Positions 58,923-64,000 of a DNA stretch of 64,000 nucleotides are shown piece by piece. Below the pieces are notes generated by a model. The model had not been told where the DNA came from. It worked only from the letters and a program-made list of their open reading frames with translations, and ran no database searches. The position numbers were made by a program, and so were the translations under genes. Source of the stretch: Nannocystales bacterium (GTDB lineage: Bacteria > Myxococcota_A > Polyangia > Nannocystales > Nannocystaceae); contig JBOEGF010000006.1 in assembly GCA_050633305.1 (NCBI GenBank), positions 64,001-128,000 of the forward strand, in the 5' to 3' direction. Within the stretch, counting starts at the first letter, position 1, and the number at the start of each line of letters is the position of its first letter.

Positions 58923-59951
58923 TCAGCCCGCAGCGAATCGGGCGAGGATCCCGTCCGCGACCGCAGTTCGAGCCTCGGACCGCACCCCCGCATACAACGC
59001 AACCGCTTTGGCGTCCCGATACAGCCGCTCGACGGCGTACTCCTCGGTGTACCCGTAGCCACCGTGGATCTGCAGCATCTCCGAGCAACCGACCGTGACC
59101 GCTTGCACGGCAGCAAGCGTCGCGCGTGCGGCCGCTGCAGGGCGGCCCGGCTCCGTGCTCGCAGCGGCCAACCCGAGCATGAGTTCGGCAGCATCGAGAC
59201 CCGTCGCGAGATCGGCGAGCTTCCACTGAATCGCCTGGAACTTGGCGATCGGCTTCCCGAACTGCTGTCGCTCCATGGCGTAGCTGGTGCCCTCGGCAAG
59301 CGCAGCACGCCCGATGCCCGCAGCAATGAAGCCCAGCGCGAGCCGCAGGTCGGTCTGGACGGTTTGTAGGTCCCCGGGGAGCGCCCTCGCACCGGATCCC
59401 TCGAACGAGACGCTGCCGATGTCGGCAGCACGCAAACCCAACGTACGGCTCCGTGCGCCCTCCAGGGCTTCGGTCCGCGGGACCAGCATCGGGGTGTCGA
59501 CGCCCTGAACCGTCGCCACCACCGCGAGGCGGGGCGCACCCGTGGCACCGATGGCGACACGGTCGGTGCCGCGCAGCGTAAACCCGTCGGAAGACGGCGT
59601 GGCTTCGAGGCCCCGCGCCATCCCGATCAGGCCGCTCGACCCCTCCCCCGCCGGACCCAGTCCCAGCCCCAGCCCCACCATGTTGTGGACCGCCACGCTC
59701 AGCGCCGTCGAGGCACAGAACGCCCCGAGTTCCTGCAGGACCGCGAGCGCCGCGAGGGTGGAGAGACCGGCCCCGCCATCGTCCTCGGGCACCCGCATGG
59801 CGAGCAGACCCATCTCCTCGAGTTCGGTGATCCAATCTCCAGGAAGGGTGCGAGCGGACTCCCATTCGCGGACCGTCTCGGCCTTTTGCTTGCCGAGTTC
59901 GCGAACGCTGTCGCGCAGGAGGAGGGTGTCTTCGTCGAGTTCAAAATTCAT
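58923..59951 (-). CDS. Acyl-CoA dehydrogenase-family subunit lacking the usual catalytic Glu
   Basis: ACAD fold with RQQFGKPI..FQ and QIHGGYGY, but no EPxxGSD and LYAG instead of IYEG. Confidence 0.85.
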   Translation of the reverse strand: MNFELDEDTLLLRDSVRELGKQKAETVREWESARTLPGDWITELEEMGLLAMRVPEDDGGAGLSTLAALAVLQELGAFCASTALSVAVHNMVGLGLGLGPAGEGSSGLIGMARGLEATPSSDGFTLRGTDRVAIGATGAPRLAVVATVQGVDTPMLVPRTEALEGARSRTLGLRAADIGSVSFEGSGARALPGDLQTVQTDLRLALGFIAAGIGRAALAEGTSYAMERQQFGKPIAKFQAIQWKLADLATGLDAAELMLGLAAASTEPGRPAAAARATLAAVQAVTVGCSEMLQIHGGYGYTEEYAVERLYRDAKAVALYAGVRSEARTAVADGILARFAAG

Positions 59952-59977
59952 GGGCCGGCCTGTGGTGGGAGACGGGT

Positions 59978-61126
59978 TCAGGCTTGGTCGGAAAAGCGCC
60001 GGGCGATGCCGCGGCTGACCACAATGCGCTGCACCTCGGAGGTGCCCTCGTAGATCATCGTGACTCTCACGTCGCGGGCCAGCTGCTCGACCTTGGCGGC
60101 AGCGTTGTTGCCCAGCTCGCCCAAGACCTCCAGCGCTCGGTTGCACGCGAGCACAGCTTTCTCGGAGCAGAACATCTTGGCCATCGAGGCCTCGCGCGAG
60201 AAGTCCATCTTGTTCTCCTTGCGCCACGCGGCCTGCAACGCGAGCAAGCGCCCTGCCTCCAGATCGGTGCCGATGTCCGCCAAGCGGAACATGACGGCCT
60301 GGGACCGACCGAGTTCGCGGTCCTCCCGGACGTGCGCGACGGCGAGATCGAGCGCAGCCAACCCGACGCCCAACGCCTGAGAGGCGATACCCACACGCCC
60401 CCCATCGAGGGCCATCATCGCGGCCCGAAAACCGCGGTCGGTCTCGCCGAGCAGCGCCTCGTCCCCGACCTCCACGTCCGTGAAGTCGAGCGCCGTGGTT
60501 GTGCTGCCGTGCAGCCCCATCTTGTGCTCGGGCTTCCCGGGTTGGACACCGGGAGCATCGCCCGGCACGAGGAACGTGGAGATGCCTCGTGCGCCGGGAG
60601 CATCGGAGGTTTTCGCCCAGACGATGAACAGACCAGCGTCGGTCCCCGAGGTGATCCACAGCTTCGAGCCGTTGATGATCCAACCCTTGTCGGTCTTGAC
60701 CGCCTTGGTCCGCATCCCGCCCGGATCCGAGCCAGCACCCGCTTCACTCAGGGCGAAGGCCCCGACGACGTGTTCGAAGTTGCAGAGCTTGGGCACATGC
60801 AGCGCCCGCTGCTCAGGCGTGCCGAACGCCTCGACAACCTCGGCCACCATGTTGTTCACGCACAGCGCGACCGTCGTCGACGCGCAGGCCTTGGCCATCT
60901 CGGTCACCGCGAGGCTGTACGCGACCGTTCCCGCGCCGAGCCCCCCCAGGTCCTTGCCGACGCCGATCCCGGTCAGTCCGCGCTTCGCCGCCTCGGCGAG
61001 GTTCTCCCGAGGAAAGCCCCCCTGAAGATCCCATCCTTGCGCTGCCGGAGCCAGCACCGATTCCGCGAACTCCCGCGCAATCCCCTGAACTTCGAGCTGC
61101 CGCTCACTCAACGTCACGTCCATCAT
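59978..61126 (-). CDS. Acyl-CoA dehydrogenase (catalytic-type subunit)
   Basis: FALSEAGAGSD, GSKLWIT, KMG, LDGGRVGIA, IYEGTSEVQR. Confidence 0.92.
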   Translation of the reverse strand: MMDVTLSERQLEVQGIAREFAESVLAPAAQGWDLQGGFPRENLAEAAKRGLTGIGVGKDLGGLGAGTVAYSLAVTEMAKACASTTVALCVNNMVAEVVEAFGTPEQRALHVPKLCNFEHVVGAFALSEAGAGSDPGGMRTKAVKTDKGWIINGSKLWITSGTDAGLFIVWAKTSDAPGARGISTFLVPGDAPGVQPGKPEHKMGLHGSTTTALDFTDVEVGDEALLGETDRGFRAAMMALDGGRVGIASQALGVGLAALDLAVAHVREDRELGRSQAVMFRLADIGTDLEAGRLLALQAAWRKENKMDFSREASMAKMFCSEKAVLACNRALEVLGELGNNAAAKVEQLARDVRVTMIYEGTSEVQRIVVSRGIARRFSDQA

Positions 61127-61142
61127 TCACTCTCCAACCCGC

Positions 61143-61179
61143 CGACCATCCGGCCATTCGGCCATTCGGCCATTCGGCC
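61143..61179. repeat. 8-bp intergenic tandem repeat (CGGCCATT) x3.6 plus one degenerate copy
   Basis: CGACCATC CGGCCATT CGGCCATT CGGCCATT CGGCC. Confidence 0.9.
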
Positions 61180-61204
61180 TCAACCATGCACCACTGCCGC
61201 TTCT

Positions 61205-61434
61205 CGGCCGCCGAAGGCGGCACGGCCCGCACCGCGGGCCTCGTTTGGGGTGAAGCGGAGGCGGCTTCGCCGCCGCAGCGAGGGGCCTTTCCGAAAGGCC
61301 CCTCCGAGATTAGCCCAGAACGCCTCGCCTTCGCGGCCGCCGAAGGCGGCACGGCCCGCACCGCGGGCCTCGTTTGGGGTGAAGCGGAGGCGGCTTCGCC
61401 GCCGCAGCGAGGGGCCTTTCCGAAAGGCCCCTCC
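61205..61434. repeat. Two identical 101-bp multi-palindromic units (REP-like), period 129 bp
   Basis: 61205-61305 equals 61334-61434; each unit has four hairpins including GAGGGGCCTTTC-C-GAAAGGCCCCTC. Confidence 0.92.
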
Positions 61435-61438
61435 AAAA

Positions 61439-61981
61439 CTAAAACGCTTCGCCGACGGTGCCACGGTACGTGTGCACGAAGTCGATCTCGGGCGGAGGAT
61501 CGAACTCCCACTCGGTGACCGACGTCTCGATGCAGGACTTCATCGAAGCGCTGTCGAGTTCGCCCGCGTCGGCGCCCTTTGCGGTCTGCTTGCGCGTCTC
61601 GATCTGAAGCACCTTGCCCTGAGAGGTTTGCCCGGCGGTGTTGATCGTGAACTCCACCAAGAAGGCGGAGCGCACGAAACGACTCTCAGCGGAACTCATC
61701 TCATCCTCGAGGCACCGCTCGATGTCGGTGAGGTACACGGTGAGAATCGTGTCGTCGATGTTCTGGAGCACCTCGGGGCTGATGCCCTTGCCCTGGTCGT
61801 CGTAGTCCTTGCTGCGATCGGCCGTGACGATGTCCCCCTCGTAGTCGTTGTTGCCCGCGCCGCGATAGCCGGCTGCAACGTCGGGGTTGTCGCTGTCCTG
61901 TTGTTTCTTGCAGCCCGAGAGCCCGAGCCCAAGGCCCAGGACGAGAAGCGCTGCGACCTTGCTTGTGTTGCCGTGTTTCAT
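61439..61981 (-). CDS. Lipoprotein with AgmX/PglI (TonB-C-like) domain
   Basis: AGGAG SD; LSG-C lipobox; IERCLE...VEFTI...G...CI......WEF.PP. Confidence 0.75.
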   Translation of the reverse strand: MKHGNTSKVAALLVLGLGLGLSGCKKQQDSDNPDVAAGYRGAGNNDYEGDIVTADRSKDYDDQGKGISPEVLQNIDDTILTVYLTDIERCLEDEMSSAESRFVRSAFLVEFTINTAGQTSQGKVLQIETRKQTAKGADAGELDSASMKSCIETSVTEWEFDPPPEIDFVHTYRGTVGEAF

Positions 61982-62045
61982 GCTGCGGTCTCCTGTGCAG
62001 AGTGTACCGGGCGAACGGGTCTGGGCTCAGCCAACTCGGCCTCCC

Positions 62046-63188
62046 CTAGCCTTTCATCAGGCTGGCCGCGATGACCAGACGCTGAATCTCGCTCGTTCCC
62101 TCGTAGATCTCGGTGATCTTTGCGTCACGGAAGGCACGTTCGACGGGGTACTCGGTGACGTACCCGTTGCCGCCGTGAACCTGAATCGCGTCCTTGGCGA
62201 CCTTGTTTGCCGTCTCGGACGCGTGGAGCTTGGCCATGGCCGACTCCTTGCTGTGGCGACGCCCCTGCATCTTGGCCATCGCGGCGCGCAACGTCAGCAG
62301 ACGCGAGGCCTCGATCTGCGTCTCCATGTCGGCCAGCATGAAGGCGACTGCCTGGTGTTCGATGATGCGTTTGCCGAAGGTCCGACGGTCGCAGGCGTAG
62401 GACGCCGCCGCTTCGAAGGCACCTTGCGCGATGCCCAGCGCCTGAGCAGCGATGCCGATCCGGCCGGCGTCGAGTGTTCCCATGGCGACCTTGAAGCCGT
62501 CGCCTTCCTTGCCCAACCGCTGGTTCTCGTGGACGCGGTGGCCCTCGAAAAAGATCTGGCAGGAGTGACTGCCCCGAATCCCCAGCTTGTCGTCCTTGGG
62601 GCCGCGGGTGATGCCCTCGGCGTTCATGTCGATGACGAACGCTGAGATGCCGCGGTGCCCCAACGACTTGTCGTGCATGCAGATCAGGATCCCGGTATCG
62701 GCCTGCGGCCCGTTGGTGATCCAGTTCTTCACGCCCTCGATGACGTAGTGGTCCCCATCGCGAACGGCCACGGTCTGCTGCGCCGCGGCGTCGGAGCCCG
62801 CCTCGGGCTCGCTGAGCATGAAACACCCGAGCTTCTCGCCCGAGGCCAGCGGCGTGAGCCACTGGGTTTTCTGCTCCTCGTTGGCCCACTTCATCAGCGG
62901 CTCGCACACCAGCGAGTTGTTCACGGACATGATGACGCCCGTCGAAGCGCACGCAGCCGAGATGGTCTCCATCGCCAGCACGTACGAGATGGTGTCGAGC
63001 TCGCTGCCGCCATAGTCGACGGGGACCTCGATCCCCATCAGCCCAAGCTCGCCCATCTGCGCGACGAGTTCCTTGGGGAACCGGGCGTTCTTGTCGAGTT
63101 CGTGCGCGACCGGCTTGATCTCGCGCTCGGCAAACTCGCGACACGTCGTCACGAGCGCTTCTTGTTCTTCGGTCAGGGAAAGATCCAT
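62046..63188 (-). CDS. Short-chain (butyryl-CoA-type) acyl-CoA dehydrogenase
   Basis: Full motif set: LSEPEAGSD, KNWITNG, KLGIRGS, RRTFGK, QVHGGNG, IYEGTSEIQR. Confidence 0.95.
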   Translation of the reverse strand: MDLSLTEEQEALVTTCREFAEREIKPVAHELDKNARFPKELVAQMGELGLMGIEVPVDYGGSELDTISYVLAMETISAACASTGVIMSVNNSLVCEPLMKWANEEQKTQWLTPLASGEKLGCFMLSEPEAGSDAAAQQTVAVRDGDHYVIEGVKNWITNGPQADTGILICMHDKSLGHRGISAFVIDMNAEGITRGPKDDKLGIRGSHSCQIFFEGHRVHENQRLGKEGDGFKVAMGTLDAGRIGIAAQALGIAQGAFEAAASYACDRRTFGKRIIEHQAVAFMLADMETQIEASRLLTLRAAMAKMQGRRHSKESAMAKLHASETANKVAKDAIQVHGGNGYVTEYPVERAFRDAKITEIYEGTSEIQRLVIAASLMKG

Positions 63189-63208
63189 CAGAGGTTCGTT
63201 TCGTCCGT

Positions 63209-63994
63209 TTACTCGCCCTTGAAGTCGGCCGCCCGCTTCGCCATGAACGCGGCCATGCCCTCTTTTTGGTCGGCGCTCGCGAACAGGCTCGCGAATGCGG
63301 TCTGCTCTTGGAGGTTCGCGTCGTCGAGCGACTTGTTGGCGCCCTCGTGAATCACTTCCTTCACCTTCGCGATGGCCAGCGGACCCATGCTCGCGATGGT
63401 CGTCGCCGTCTTGACCGCCGTGTCGAGTAGCTGCTCGTTTTCGACGACCTTGTTGACCAACCCGATGCGCAGGGCCTCCGCCGCGTCGATCATCTCGCCG
63501 GTCATGCACAGCTCGAGCGCACGGGCGATGCCCACCCGGCGAAGCATTCGCTGGGTTCCGCCGAAGCCAGGAATGACGCCCAGCTTGACCTCCGGCTGAC
63601 CGAAGCGAGCCGTGGTCGAGGCGTAGATGAAGTCGCAGGCCAGCGCCAGCTCGCAACCACCACCGAGCGCAAAGCCGTTGACGGCCGCGATGACCGGAAT
63701 CCCGATCGCGTTGAGTTCTTCGCCCAGCGCATGTCCTTGTCCCGCAAACGCGAGCGCCTCGCCGGGGTTCATGTCGGACATCGACTTGATGTCCGCGCCC
63801 GCGACAAAGGCTTTCTCACCGCCGCCGGTGAGCACCAGCGCGCGCACGGAGTCGGAGATGGCGGTCTCTTCGACCACCTCGGTGAGTTCGGCGACGACCT
63901 GCGCGTTGAGGGCGTTGAGGGCCTTGGGACGATTGATCGTGATGACCCGGACGGGCCCGCGATCCTCGACGAGAAGGGTTTCGTAGGTGCTCAT
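63209..63994 (-). CDS. Enoyl-CoA hydratase (crotonase)
   Basis: INRPKALNALN, AFVAGADI, AAVNGFALGGGCELALACD, GQPEVKLG.IPGFGGTQR. Confidence 0.95.
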   Translation of the reverse strand: MSTYETLLVEDRGPVRVITINRPKALNALNAQVVAELTEVVEETAISDSVRALVLTGGGEKAFVAGADIKSMSDMNPGEALAFAGQGHALGEELNAIGIPVIAAVNGFALGGGCELALACDFIYASTTARFGQPEVKLGVIPGFGGTQRMLRRVGIARALELCMTGEMIDAAEALRIGLVNKVVENEQLLDTAVKTATTIASMGPLAIAKVKEVIHEGANKSLDDANLQEQTAFASLFASADQKEGMAAFMAKRAADFKGE

Positions 63995-64000
63995 CGTGGG

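Noticed and set aside
61205..61434. CRISPR array
   Set aside because: Only two units of 101 bp with one 28-bp spacer and no cas genes; the geometry does not fit CRISPR.
1..64000. Prophage, IS, integron, defence system, rRNA or tRNA
   Set aside because: No integrase, transposase, phage, nuclease-defence or structural RNA signatures recognised by eye.

Overview
High-GC bacterial chromosomal DNA, most likely a myxobacterium (Myxococcota, Nannocystaceae-like). This is inferred from the Pkn kinase with an HRDITP loop, Cys-rich CGDG/lamin-tail lipoproteins, an AgmX/PglI-type domain and many orphan lipoproteins. Core operons, mostly on the minus strand: rimP-nusA-ylxR-infB-rbfA-truB; queA-tgt-yajC-secD-secF-recJ; yceD-rpmF-plsX-fabD-fabG-acpP-fabF-rpiB-nrdR-ribD-ribE-ribBX-coaBC-udg-HU; rlmD-holA with convergent rpsT; and an enoyl-CoA hydratase/acyl-CoA dehydrogenase cluster. 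These are interleaved with accessory envelope and signalling genes. I saw no rRNA, tRNA, CRISPR array, transposase or integrase. Most notable observations: (1) a 1237-aa secreted protein made of about 60 basic-linker/hydrophobic-Pro-aromatic repeats; (2) two adjacent acyl-CoA dehydrogenases with complementary loss of FAD and catalytic motifs, suggesting an obligate heteromer; (3) a strand-specific structured RNA candidate in the TetR leader, next to a (K/R)ANP-repeat lipoprotein, an MMPL transporter and a MEMO protein with an RRE-like N-terminus; (4) many genes with a -10-like hexamer 5-9 nt before the start codon and no SD, suggesting frequent leaderless mRNAs; (5) a 101-bp multi-hairpin REP-like duplication. 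All calls are by eye, without database searches.
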